Assembly: GCA_052386505.1 (NCBI GenBank)
Contig: JBQTKB010000017.1
Location: forward strand, 6,236 to 70,235
Direction of reading: 5' to 3'
Source of the DNA: Pseudonocardia sp.
GTDB lineage: Bacteria > Actinomycetota > Actinomycetes > Mycobacteriales > Pseudonocardiaceae
Length of the DNA stretch: 64,000 nucleotides
The position numbers and the translations under genes were made by a program. The notes under the pieces are model-generated. The model ran no database searches. It worked only from the letters and a program-made list of their open reading frames with translations, and was not told where the DNA came from. How positions within the stretch are numbered: position 1 is the first letter of the stretch; each line of letters starts with the position of its first letter. Shown one piece after another: positions 32,094-41,034 of this stretch.

Positions 32094-33758
32094 ATGACCG
32101 TGCCGAACCCGACCCCGCCGAGTCCGACGCGGCCGCCGATGCCGTCCCGCCGGTCGGTCCTCTCGGGCGCCGGTGCGGCCGCGCTGCTGGGCACGGCGGC
32201 GCTGGGCACCGCGGCGATGGCCGGTTGCTCGGCCGGGACCGGCGAGGGCACTGGCGTAGGCACTGACAGCGGCACCGACAGCGGGGGGTCCGCCGAGCGG
32301 CGCAACGGGACCGTGTTCACCCTCGGGGTCGCCTCCGGTGACCCGGGCCCGGATGGCATGGTCCTGTGGACCCGGCTGGCCCGCGATCCGCTGGCCGAGG
32401 ACGGCCTGGGCGGGATGCCGGCCGGTCCGGTGAACGTGCAGTGGGAGTTGGCCACCGACCCCCGCTTCGCCGAGGTGCTGCAACGCGGCGAACAGCGCAC
32501 CGACGCCGAGCTGGGCTACGCGGTGCACGTACGCCCGATCGGACTCGCGTCGGGCCGGGAGTACTGGTACCGGTTCCGGGTCGGCGCGGGTCCCACGGCG
32601 GAGATCTCCCCGTCCGGCCGGACCCGGACCGTCCCGGCCGACGGTGAGCTCGGCTCGCTCACCCTGTGCTTCACCAGCTGCGCGCGCTACGAGCAGGGGC
32701 TCTACACCGCCTACCGGCGGCTCGCCGAGGACAATCCCGATCTGGTGGCCTGCCTGGGCGACTACGTCTACGAGTACGGCGGTGACGAGATCGGCGCGCC
32801 GGTGCGCCGGGTGGCCGGCGGCGAGACCCGCACCCTGGCCGACTACCGGCGGCGCTACGCGCAGTACCACGCCGACCCCGACCTGCAAGCGGCGCACGCC
32901 GCCGCGCCCTGGGTGCTGGTCCCCGACGACCACGAGCTGGAGAACAACTGGGCGGCCGACCTGCCGGAGAAGCCGGACCCGGACTATCCGGCCCGGCGGG
33001 CGGCGGCGCTGCGGGCCTACTACGAGAACCTGCCGCTGCCCGAGTCCTGCCGCCCCACCGGCGGGAGCATCCAGCTCTACCGTCGGCTGAACTGGGGGGC
33101 GCTGGCCGGCATCCACCTGCTGGACACCCGGCAGTACCGCGGTGACCAGCCGTGCGACGACAAGTACCGCAGCGACTGCCCCGAGCGCACCGACCCGGCC
33201 CGGTCGATGCTCGGGCCGGCGCAAGAGGCGTGGCTGCTGGACGGGTTCCGGCAGTCGCGCAGCCGCTGGGACCTGCTCGCCCAACAGGTGTTCTTCTCCC
33301 AGGTCGACCTCACCCCGGGCCCGGAGCGCCGGTTCAACCCGGACGCCTGGGACGGCTACGTGGGCAGCCGCGACCGGGTGGTGGACGGCTGGCGGTCTGC
33401 CGGGGTGCGCAACGCGGTGGTGCTCACCGGCGACGTGCACGCGCACTGGGCGGCCGACGTCAAGGCCCGGTTCGACGACCCGGCGGCCCCGGTGGTCGGC
33501 ACCGAACTGGTGACCACGTCGATCTCCTCGGGCGGCGACGGTGTCGAGGTGCGCGCCGACACCGCCGCGGTGCTCGCGGAGAACCCGCACGTCCGGTTCT
33601 TCAACAGCCGCCGGGGCTACGTCCGCGCCCGGATCACCCCGGACACCCTCACCGCCGACTTCCGGGTGGTCCCGTTCGTCACCCGCCCGGACGCCCCGGT
33701 GGAGACCAGGGCCAGCTTCGTCGTACGGGACCGCCGCCCGGGCCTCGACCCCGCGTAG
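32094..33758 (+). CDS. phoD: Alkaline phosphatase D family protein, Tat-exported lipoprotein
   Basis: SRRSVL Tat motif, MAGC lipobox, FTLGVASGDP, LGDYVYE, DDHE..NNW, LDTRQYR and LTGDVH. Confidence 0.92.
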   Translation: MTVPNPTPPSPTRPPMPSRRSVLSGAGAAALLGTAALGTAAMAGCSAGTGEGTGVGTDSGTDSGGSAERRNGTVFTLGVASGDPGPDGMVLWTRLARDPLAEDGLGGMPAGPVNVQWELATDPRFAEVLQRGEQRTDAELGYAVHVRPIGLASGREYWYRFRVGAGPTAEISPSGRTRTVPADGELGSLTLCFTSCARYEQGLYTAYRRLAEDNPDLVACLGDYVYEYGGDEIGAPVRRVAGGETRTLADYRRRYAQYHADPDLQAAHAAAPWVLVPDDHELENNWAADLPEKPDPDYPARRAAALRAYYENLPLPESCRPTGGSIQLYRRLNWGALAGIHLLDTRQYRGDQPCDDKYRSDCPERTDPARSMLGPAQEAWLLDGFRQSRSRWDLLAQQVFFSQVDLTPGPERRFNPDAWDGYVGSRDRVVDGWRSAGVRNAVVLTGDVHAHWAADVKARFDDPAAPVVGTELVTTSISSGGDGVEVRADTAAVLAENPHVRFFNSRRGYVRARITPDTLTADFRVVPFVTRPDAPVETRASFVVRDRRPGLDPA

Positions 33759-33900
33759 CCCTTGGGCGTCCCCCGGCGGTCCTCGACACGGCGACATCGG
33801 CCCGACACGCCGGATGGCATTTCGACGACCCTGTAACGCCCCGGTCGGGCATGACGACGCTCACACCGCGCACAAAGCGCGAGAATCCGGGAGGGTCACG

Positions 33901-34494
33901 GTGAAGTTCACACTCTGGGGTCTGATGGTGAACCCGGGAATGACGCCGGCCCCGGTATCGAGCGTGCACCGGCAGCAGATGGTGGATCGATACCTCCACC
34001 CGGTTCCACCACCTGCCATGAAGAAAAGGGCCTGCCTGTTCGGCTGGGTGGCGGTAGCCGTTGCAGCCGTTGCGATCACGCTGCTGGTACTCGGTCACAT
34101 CGTGCTCTTCCTCGCCGGGTCGGCCGTGGGCGATCGTCGCGTTCGGCGCCGGGATCGACGTGACACGGACCTACCGGTCGGAGTACGAGAAGTCGTGGCC
34201 GAAGCCGAGTTCGCCGACCCCCTGACGGTGCACGGCCCGGTGCTGGCGGATGTGTCGATGATGTCATTGGTGAACAAATCGGAGAAGGTGACGATCTCCG
34301 CGCGCGACGTCGACGGCGTATCACTCGGGACGTTCACCGAGACGGTCAAACTGCGGGAACTGCAGATTGCATTCCCGAGCGCCGACCGCGGTCAGATAGT
34401 GGCCGCGCTCGAGGACAATGCCGAACTCGAGATGGTGGTCCAGGCGCTCAGCGCGCTGTTGCGGGACCGCAAGCAGCCCCTGTCACTTCTCTGA
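33901..34494 (+). CDS. Hypothetical single-pass membrane protein
   Basis: One hydrophobic helix (FGWVAVAVAAVAITLLVLGHIVLFL) and visibly lower GC. Start codon uncertain. Confidence 0.45.
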   Translation: MKFTLWGLMVNPGMTPAPVSSVHRQQMVDRYLHPVPPPAMKKRACLFGWVAVAVAAVAITLLVLGHIVLFLAGSAVGDRRVRRRDRRDTDLPVGVREVVAEAEFADPLTVHGPVLADVSMMSLVNKSEKVTISARDVDGVSLGTFTETVKLRELQIAFPSADRGQIVAALEDNAELEMVVQALSALLRDRKQPLSLL

Positions 34495-34965
34495 GCCGAC
34501 CCGGGCGGTCCGGCGCATGGTGAACGCGTCGGCGCCGCTGGGGCGGTAGTAGCCACGACGGACCCCGACCACCTCGAACCCGGTGTCGCGGTAGAGCGCA
34601 TGGGCCGCCTCGTTGTCGGTGCGCACCTCCAGGAACACCGTGGCCCGCCATACGTCGGCGCGCTGCAGCAGTCCGCCGAGCAGCCGCCGCCCGACCCCCC
34701 GGCGCTGCATGTCGGGATGCACTCCGATGGTGTGCACCTCGGCCTCCGGTCCGGGCGGGCCGGCCACCAGCGCGAGGCCCGCGTAGCCGACCAGCCGGGC
34801 ACCGTCCCGGGCGGCCAGGTAGTGGTGACCGGCCCGCACCGCGGCCCGGAAGGCCGCCGGCGACCACGGGTCGTCTCCCGGGAACAGCAGCCGCTCCAGC
34901 GCAGCGCAGCCCTCGGCGTCGGCCAGATAGAGCGGGCCGAGGGTGATCGTGTCGCCGGCGGTCAC
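34483..34965 (-). CDS. rimI: Ribosomal-protein-alanine N-acetyltransferase
   Basis: GNAT motifs EVHTIGV..QRRGVG and FLEVRTDN..A..LY...GF..RRGYY. GTGA overlap with tsaB. Confidence 0.93.
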   Translation of the reverse strand: MTAGDTITLGPLYLADAEGCAALERLLFPGDDPWSPAAFRAAVRAGHHYLAARDGARLVGYAGLALVAGPPGPEAEVHTIGVHPDMQRRGVGRRLLGGLLQRADVWRATVFLEVRTDNEAAHALYRDTGFEVVGVRRGYYRPSGADAFTMRRTARVGSEK

Positions 34966-35759
34966 GCGGTGACCCGTTTGCGGGCGGCTGGCGGGACGGC
35001 GTCCGGCCGGCGCAGGTAGCACGGTTCCAACGGGCCCGCGGCGGCACCGGCTCGCACCGCCGCGGCGGCCACCGTGACCAGCCCGATCGGCGACGGGACC
35101 CGGGCCGGGTGCACCGGCAGCCCGAGCAGCGCGGCGTGCTCGTCGGCCACCGTTCCGGCCACCCGGTGCACGCCCAGCTCGGGGACCAGCTCCGCGAGCG
35201 CCGCCGGGGTGTCCACCGCCGGTCCGTGCGCCCGCGCCCCGGTGGTGTCGTAGGCGGCCCAGTACAGCTCGCGGCGGCGGGCGTCGGTGACCACCAGCAG
35301 CGGCTCGCGTGGCCCCTCGGCGAGCGGCTCGCCGGGGCCGGGCGGCGGCTGCCCGGCCGGCGACTGCCCGGGACCGACCGGCGACTGCCCGGCCGGCGGC
35401 TCACCGGGACCGACCGGCGGCTCACCGGCGGCGACCGCGACGGCGATGGCGTCCAGCGAGCAGACGCCGTGCGCCGGCACGTCCAGCGCGTCGGCCAGCG
35501 CGGCGGCGCTGGCGATGCCCACCCGCAGGCCGGTGAACGGCCCTGGCCCCAGGCCGCAGACCACCGCGTCCAGCTCGGCCGGGGTGCGGCCGGCCGCCGC
35601 GCACACCTCGAGCACCGCCGGCATCAGCTGCTCGCCGTGTTGGCGAGCACCGGGCCGCAACCGTTCGGCGAGCACCCGGGGCGGCCCGTCACCGCCGGGC
35701 AGGTCCACCACACCGACCACGACGGCGTCCGTCGCGGTGTCCACAGCCAGCACCAACAC
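34962..35759 (-). CDS. tsaB: tRNA t6A biosynthesis protein TsaB (with internal repeat insertion)
   Basis: LAVDTAT, HGE.LMP, GLGPGPFTGLRVG, DARRRELY and PCYLRRPDA. Confidence 0.93.
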   Translation of the reverse strand: MLVLAVDTATDAVVVGVVDLPGGDGPPRVLAERLRPGARQHGEQLMPAVLEVCAAAGRTPAELDAVVCGLGPGPFTGLRVGIASAAALADALDVPAHGVCSLDAIAVAVAAGEPPVGPGEPPAGQSPVGPGQSPAGQPPPGPGEPLAEGPREPLLVVTDARRRELYWAAYDTTGARAHGPAVDTPAALAELVPELGVHRVAGTVADEHAALLGLPVHPARVPSPIGLVTVAAAAVRAGAAAGPLEPCYLRRPDAVPPAARKRVTA

Positions 35760-35820
35760 ACCGGCGAGCCTACGGCCCAGGTCCGGCATACTGAGGGCGA
35801 CCCGGACGAGGGAGGCTGCC

Positions 35821-36381
35821 GTGACCGAGGTGCTGGTGGAGGACGCCCCGCCCGGTGGCTGGACGGTCGATCACCTCGACGCGCTCCCGGAGAGCCACCG
35901 CCGCTACGAACTGACCGACGGAGCACTCAGCGTGTCCCCTTCGCCCTCCAGCCTCCATCAGTCGGTCGCCGCCCGGCTCTACACCATGCTGGAGAGCCTC
36001 GCGCCAGAGCCGTACGTGGTGACCCAGGCGGTCGAGATCCGGTTCGCCCGCCAACTCACCCGGATCCCGGACATTCTGGTGGTCCGCAGCGACGAACCCG
36101 CCCGGCACTGGTTCGCCCCGGCCGAGGTGATACTCGCGGCCGAGATCGAGTCACCTGGTAGCCACATCGAGGATCGTGCCACCAAGCCCGCGCTGTACGC
36201 CCAGTACGGAATCCCGTACTTCTGGCGCCTGGAACTGGCCCCGGCCCGGATCAACGCCTACCAGATCGGCGCCGGAGGCAGTTACCGGATCGTCGCCGAG
36301 GGCGAGCGGCTCGCGGTCGGGGAGCCGTTTGAGGTGGACCTACCCGTGCGGGAGATGCTGCCGCGCTGGGCTCGGGACTGA
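35821..36381 (+). CDS. Uma2 (DUF820) family PD-(D/E)xK endonuclease
   Basis: YELTDGAL.VSPSP...HQ, PDILVV, EIESPGS...DR..K..LYA..GIPYFW. Confidence 0.9.
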   Translation: MTEVLVEDAPPGGWTVDHLDALPESHRRYELTDGALSVSPSPSSLHQSVAARLYTMLESLAPEPYVVTQAVEIRFARQLTRIPDILVVRSDEPARHWFAPAEVILAAEIESPGSHIEDRATKPALYAQYGIPYFWRLELAPARINAYQIGAGGSYRIVAEGERLAVGEPFEVDLPVREMLPRWARD

Positions 36382-36412
36382 CCCGAGCCCCACCGTCGCG
36401 CAGGCCAGGAGA

Positions 36413-36910
36413 TCAACGCTCGTCCCCCGACTCCACCCGCAGCACCGTGGCCACCCGGCCCTCGTCGGCGGTGGCGCCGCCGCGCCGGCTCAGCCGGACC
36501 AGCAGGTGCCGGCCGGCCAGCGACTCGGCCAGGCCCTCACCCCACTCCACCACCACCACCGCCGTCGCCAGGTCGGTGTCCAGGTCGAGGTCGTCCAACT
36601 CGGCGCGCCCGCCCAGCCGGTAGGCGTCGACGTGCACCAGCGCCACCCCGCGGCCGCCCGGTCCGGGCGGGTGCTCCCGGGCGATCACGAACGTCGGCGA
36701 GGTCACCTGGCCGATGACCCCGAGCCCTCGGCCGATCCCCCGGGCCAGCACCGTCTTGCCGGCACCCAACGGGCCGGACAGCAACACCACGTCGCCGGCG
36801 GCCGCACCCGCCCCGATCCGCTCGCCGAGGGCCTCGGTGTCGGCGGCGGTGGGCAGCTCGACCTCGATGGCCACGCCGGGCCGCGTCGGGAGTACGTCCG
36901 CCGGAATCAT
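36413..36910 (-). CDS. tsaE: tRNA t6A biosynthesis ATPase TsaE
   Basis: LSGPLGAGKT, VTSPTF, HVDAYRL and VEWGEG. Confidence 0.95.
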   Translation of the reverse strand: MIPADVLPTRPGVAIEVELPTAADTEALGERIGAGAAAGDVVLLSGPLGAGKTVLARGIGRGLGVIGQVTSPTFVIAREHPPGPGGRGVALVHVDAYRLGGRAELDDLDLDTDLATAVVVVEWGEGLAESLAGRHLLVRLSRRGGATADEGRVATVLRVESGDER

Positions 36911-38019
36911 GCGCGCCTGCGCAACCGACGGACCACCCCACCGCGCCGGGGCGCCACCCGGGCCAGCAGTTCGGCGATCTCGGCGTCCAGGACGTCGGGC
37001 TGTTCGAGCATCGCCATGTGCCCGACTCCGGGCATCCGCATCAGGGCGGCGTCGGGCAGCTCGGCGGCGATCCGCTCGCTGTGCGCGAACGCGATCAGCT
37101 TGTCGGCATCGCCGGAGACGATCAACGTCTCGCAGTGAGCCAGCGCCGGCAGCGCGGCCAACCGGTCGTGGCTGCCGAGGGTGTCGACGAAGTCCACCAG
37201 CGCGTCCACCCCGTTCGCGTTGATCATCATGTGCACCAGGTCGACCAGCCACGGCTCCACCGCCCGGTCGCCGTAGGAGTAGGCGCGGGTGATACCCCAG
37301 ATCAGGTCGCTGCCCAGGGACCGCACGCGCTCCACCAGCCCCGGCTGCCAGGCGGCCAGAGTGCCGACCGCGCGGGTCAGCGGGTTGAGCCGGGACAGGA
37401 ACGTACCGGGCAGCCCCGAGCTGGCCACCTCACCCGCCGAGGTGGACAGCAGCACCACCCCGGCCACCGGATCGCCGAACAGCTCCGGGTGCGACTCGGC
37501 CAGCGCCATGATCGTCATCCCGCCCATCGAATGCCCGACCAGCACGACCGGCCCCTCGGACGCGAGCGCGCGCAGCACCGCGTAGAGGTCGAGCCCCAGC
37601 TGGGCCAGCGTGCAACTGGAGCGCTCGGCACGCTCCGAGCGGCCGTGGCTGCGGTGGTCGTAGAGCACCACCCGGGTACGCGGGGCCGGCAGCTGGGCCA
37701 GGCCGCGGCGTTGGAAGTGCCAGCAGCGGCGGTCCAGGGCGAAGCCGTGCACCAGCACGACGGTCACCTCGCACGGCTCCGACCCGGGCGGCTCGATGAC
37801 CTCGCAGGACAGCCGGGCGCCGTCGTCCGCGGTGACCGAGCAGCCGCGCCCCGGCGGCAGCAGCCCCAGCTCGGCGGTCGTCGTGGTACCTGACCGCCGG
37901 CGTTGCGCGGCCAGCCGGTTGCGCCGGTACGCCACGCCTACCGCGGTGCCGGTGGCCGCCGCGCCCAGCACACCCCCGGTCAGCCGACCGGCCATCCGCC
38001 AACCGTTGGGCCTGCTCAC
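36907..38019 (-). CDS. Alpha/beta hydrolase
   Basis: LVHGF, YDHRSHGRS, GHSMGG nucleophile elbow and GHMAMLE. Confidence 0.9.
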   Translation of the reverse strand: MSRPNGWRMAGRLTGGVLGAAATGTAVGVAYRRNRLAAQRRRSGTTTTAELGLLPPGRGCSVTADDGARLSCEVIEPPGSEPCEVTVVLVHGFALDRRCWHFQRRGLAQLPAPRTRVVLYDHRSHGRSERAERSSCTLAQLGLDLYAVLRALASEGPVVLVGHSMGGMTIMALAESHPELFGDPVAGVVLLSTSAGEVASSGLPGTFLSRLNPLTRAVGTLAAWQPGLVERVRSLGSDLIWGITRAYSYGDRAVEPWLVDLVHMMINANGVDALVDFVDTLGSHDRLAALPALAHCETLIVSGDADKLIAFAHSERIAAELPDAALMRMPGVGHMAMLEQPDVLDAEIAELLARVAPRRGGVVRRLRRRA

Positions 38020-39311
38020 CGCGCCCCTTCCGTCACTGATCCGGTGGACCGCTCCCCGCCGGGGTGCCGGGCCGGGCCGGCCGTCCCGGTTGTCGAAAAG
38101 CCCTGCACCACCGTGCGCGACACCCGGCCGAGCCGCAACCCGGTGACGATCTCGTAGTGGATCGTGCCGAGCGCATCCGCCCAGTCGTGCGCGGTGGGCT
38201 CGCCGCCCTCACCCGGACCGAACAGCACCGCCGGCTCGCCCTCGGCCACCGGATGGTCGCCGCAGTCGACCACCACCTGGTCCATGCACACCCGGCCGAC
38301 CACCGGCAGCCGCCGGCCCCCGATCAGCACCCGCATGCCGCCGACCCCGCTGGGCGGACCGCTGAGCCGGCGGGGCACCCCGTCGGCGTAGCCGACCGGC
38401 AGCAACGCCAGCGTGGTCGCGGCGCGGGTGGTCCACTCGTGACCGTAGGACACCCCCTCGCCGGCCGGTACCCGCTTGACCAGCGCAACCCGGGTGCGGA
38501 AGGTCATCGCCGGGCGCAGGCCGAACTCACTCGGCGGCGGGCCGATCGGGTCCAACCCGTAGACCGCGATGCCCGGACGCACCAGGTCGTAGTGCAGGTC
38601 CGGCCGGGTGAGGGTGGCCGCGGCGTTGGCCAGGTGCCGGATCGGGCGCAGGCCGGCGTCGGTGGCGACCCGCCAGGCCGCGTCCAGTCGCGCGGCCTGC
38701 TGGTACAGGCTCGGGTGACTCGGGACGTCAGCGAGCGCCAGGTGCGACCAGACCGCCACCACCTCGAGCAGGCCCCCGGCCTCGGCCTTGGCGGCCGCGG
38801 TGACCAGGTCCGGCCAGTCGGCGGCGGGGCACCCGTTGCGACTGAGCCCGGTGTCGATCTTCAGGTGCACCCGGGCGGGGCAGCCGGCGGTGATCGCGGC
38901 GGCCCGGACGGCGGCCAGCTGGCGGACGGAGGCCACCCCCAGGTCGACGCCGGCGGCGACCCCGGGCCGGTAGTCGTCGCCCGGCAGGTCGAGCCAGCTC
39001 AGCACCGGCGCGGTGATCCCGCCCTCGCGCAGGGCCAGCGCCTCGGCGATCGTGCACACGCCCAGCCAACTCGCCCCGGCGGCCAGCGCGGCCCGCCCCA
39101 CGGCCACCGCGCCGTGCCCGTAGCCGTCCGCCTTGACCACGGCCATGGTGGCCGCGCCGGACGCGGCGGCCCGGCCGGCCAGCAACGACACGTTGTGCCG
39201 GACGGCGGCCAGATCGACCACCACCTCCGCGCGAACCGGGTGCGTGGCGGCCTGCTCGGCGACGGCCGTCGTCTGCGGGGTCGCGGCCCGGGGAGTGACC
39301 GGCTGGGTCAT
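38016..39311 (-). CDS. alr: Alanine racemase
   Basis: MAVVKADGYGHG (PLP Lys), HLKIDTGLSRNG, GYADG and GRVCMDQ. ATG 39311. Confidence 0.97.
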   Translation of the reverse strand: MTQPVTPRAATPQTTAVAEQAATHPVRAEVVVDLAAVRHNVSLLAGRAAASGAATMAVVKADGYGHGAVAVGRAALAAGASWLGVCTIAEALALREGGITAPVLSWLDLPGDDYRPGVAAGVDLGVASVRQLAAVRAAAITAGCPARVHLKIDTGLSRNGCPAADWPDLVTAAAKAEAGGLLEVVAVWSHLALADVPSHPSLYQQAARLDAAWRVATDAGLRPIRHLANAAATLTRPDLHYDLVRPGIAVYGLDPIGPPPSEFGLRPAMTFRTRVALVKRVPAGEGVSYGHEWTTRAATTLALLPVGYADGVPRRLSGPPSGVGGMRVLIGGRRLPVVGRVCMDQVVVDCGDHPVAEGEPAVLFGPGEGGEPTAHDWADALGTIHYEIVTGLRLGRVSRTVVQGFSTTGTAGPARHPGGERSTGSVTEGAR

Positions 39312-40816
39312 CCCGTCATTGTCCCACCCGCCCCCGACACGTCCGCCGCGCGCACCCGCCGGATGGCCTCCGGTACCGCCGCGAGCAGGGCCGACGCCCC
39401 GATGGGCACACCCGGACCGGGGTCCGCGCCGGCGGCCAGGCTGGCCGCCAGCCCGTGTACGTACGTCGCGCATCCGGCGGCCCACCACGGCTCGAGGCCG
39501 GCCGCGAGCAGCGCGCCGATCAACCCGGACAGCACGTCACCGGACCCGGCGGTGGCCGCCCAGGATCCGGTCGACGGGTGCACCAGGGCGCGGCCGCTCG
39601 GGTCGGCCACCACGGTCACGTGCCCCTTGAGCAGCACGGTTATCCGCAGCCGGGCGGCCGCCCGCCGGGCCGCGGCGACCCGGTCGGCGCCCACCTCGCC
39701 GGCGATCCGGGCGAACTCACCGGCGTGCGGGGTGAGCACGCAGGGCAGCTCGGCGGCGGCGTCGGCGAGGTCGGGCGAGTTTGCGAGCAGGGTGATCGCG
39801 TCGGCGTCCAGGCAGGTCGACACGCCGCGCTCCAGCACCGCCGCGACCACGTCCCGGCCGGTGACCCCGGTGCCGATGCCGGGTCCGACGGTCCACGCCT
39901 GGGTGCGCCCGGTGTCGGCCACGGAGCCCGCCGCGACCACCTCCGGCCACCGGGCACGCACCACGTCGGCGGCGCCGCCGGCGAAGCGCACCATGCCCGA
40001 GGTGGCGGCCACCGCCGCGCCGGCCGCCAGCACCGCGGCCCCCGGGTAGGTCGCGCTGCCGGCGGCCACCCCGACCACCCCCTGGGTGTACTTGTCGTCC
40101 GTCGGGCCGGGCACCGGCCAGCGCGCGCCGACGTCGGCCGCCTCCATCACCCACAGGTCGGGTTCCGGCGGCAGGTGGGGAGCGAGCCCGAGGTCGACCA
40201 GGGTGATCGGTCCGCACCGGGGCGCGGCGAGTGCGTGCACCGGCTTGTGTGCCCCGAACGTCACGGTGGCCGCCGCGCGCACCGCCGGCCCGTCGACCGC
40301 GCCGGTGTCCGGGTCGACCCCGCTGGGCAGATCCACAGCCAGCACCGGTACCCGCGCGTCCTCGGCGGCCGCCACCAGCGCGGCGGCCGGCGGACGCAGC
40401 GGGCCGCGACCGGAGATCCCGACGATCCCGTCGACCACCAGGTCGGCCGCCCTGGTCACCCGGTCCGCCTCGCCGTCCGGGAGGGCACCGGCCAGGTGGG
40501 TCCGGCCCCGGGCCCGGCGCAGCGCGGCCAGCCCTGCGGGGTGGGCCCGGTCGGGGTCGAGCAGCACCGCGTCCACCCGCACCCCCCGGCGACGCAGTTC
40601 GACGCCGGCCCACAGCGCGTCCCCGCCGTTGTTGCCCGCGCCGACCAGCAACGTCACCCGCCGCCCGGCCACCCCACCGGCGCGCTCCGCCAGCAGCCCG
40701 GCGGCCCGCGCCGCGACCCCGTACGCCGCCCGGCGCATCAGTGCGCCCTCGCGGGTACGCGCGAGCAGCACATCCTCGGCGGCCCGCACCTGTCCGCCCG
40801 TGAAGATCCGCCTCAT
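39308..40816 (-). CDS. nnr: Bifunctional NAD(P)H-hydrate epimerase/dehydratase
   Basis: GAGNNGGD, DLPSG, DKYTQG, LTPHAGEF and ATAGSGDVLSG. Confidence 0.94.
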   Translation of the reverse strand: MRRIFTGGQVRAAEDVLLARTREGALMRRAAYGVAARAAGLLAERAGGVAGRRVTLLVGAGNNGGDALWAGVELRRRGVRVDAVLLDPDRAHPAGLAALRRARGRTHLAGALPDGEADRVTRAADLVVDGIVGISGRGPLRPPAAALVAAAEDARVPVLAVDLPSGVDPDTGAVDGPAVRAAATVTFGAHKPVHALAAPRCGPITLVDLGLAPHLPPEPDLWVMEAADVGARWPVPGPTDDKYTQGVVGVAAGSATYPGAAVLAAGAAVAATSGMVRFAGGAADVVRARWPEVVAAGSVADTGRTQAWTVGPGIGTGVTGRDVVAAVLERGVSTCLDADAITLLANSPDLADAAAELPCVLTPHAGEFARIAGEVGADRVAAARRAAARLRITVLLKGHVTVVADPSGRALVHPSTGSWAATAGSGDVLSGLIGALLAAGLEPWWAAGCATYVHGLAASLAAGADPGPGVPIGASALLAAVPEAIRRVRAADVSGAGGTMTG

Positions 40817-40866
40817 GGAGTCCGAGGCTAGGCGGTCACCGAACCCTGCGCCTGCCCCGTCTCGCC

Positions 40867-40909
40867 GGCCTTCCTCGACCGTCGATCACCAAGCCGGTCG
40901 AGGAGGGCC
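40867..40909. terminator. Hairpin downstream of glmS
   Basis: GGCCTTCCTCGACCG...CGGTCGAGGAGGGCC, a 15-bp stem with one G-U pair. Confidence 0.6.
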
Positions 40910-40921
40910 GGTCCGCCGACC

Positions 40922-40986
40922 ATGATCCGCGTTTCGGTGCGGAAGCGGATACCAAGCTTCCGTTTCCACACCGGAACGACGACCAC
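40922..40986. repeat. 65-bp imperfect palindromic element, solo copy C
   Basis: ATGATCCGCGTTTCGGTGCGGAAGCGGATACCAAGCTTCCGTTTCCACACCGGAACGACGACCAC. 50/65 identical to copy A with no gaps. Confidence 0.85.
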
Positions 40987-41034
40987 GGCATCCAGGGGAC
41001 AGCGCCACGAACGAGAACGGCGGCTCCGAGGCTT

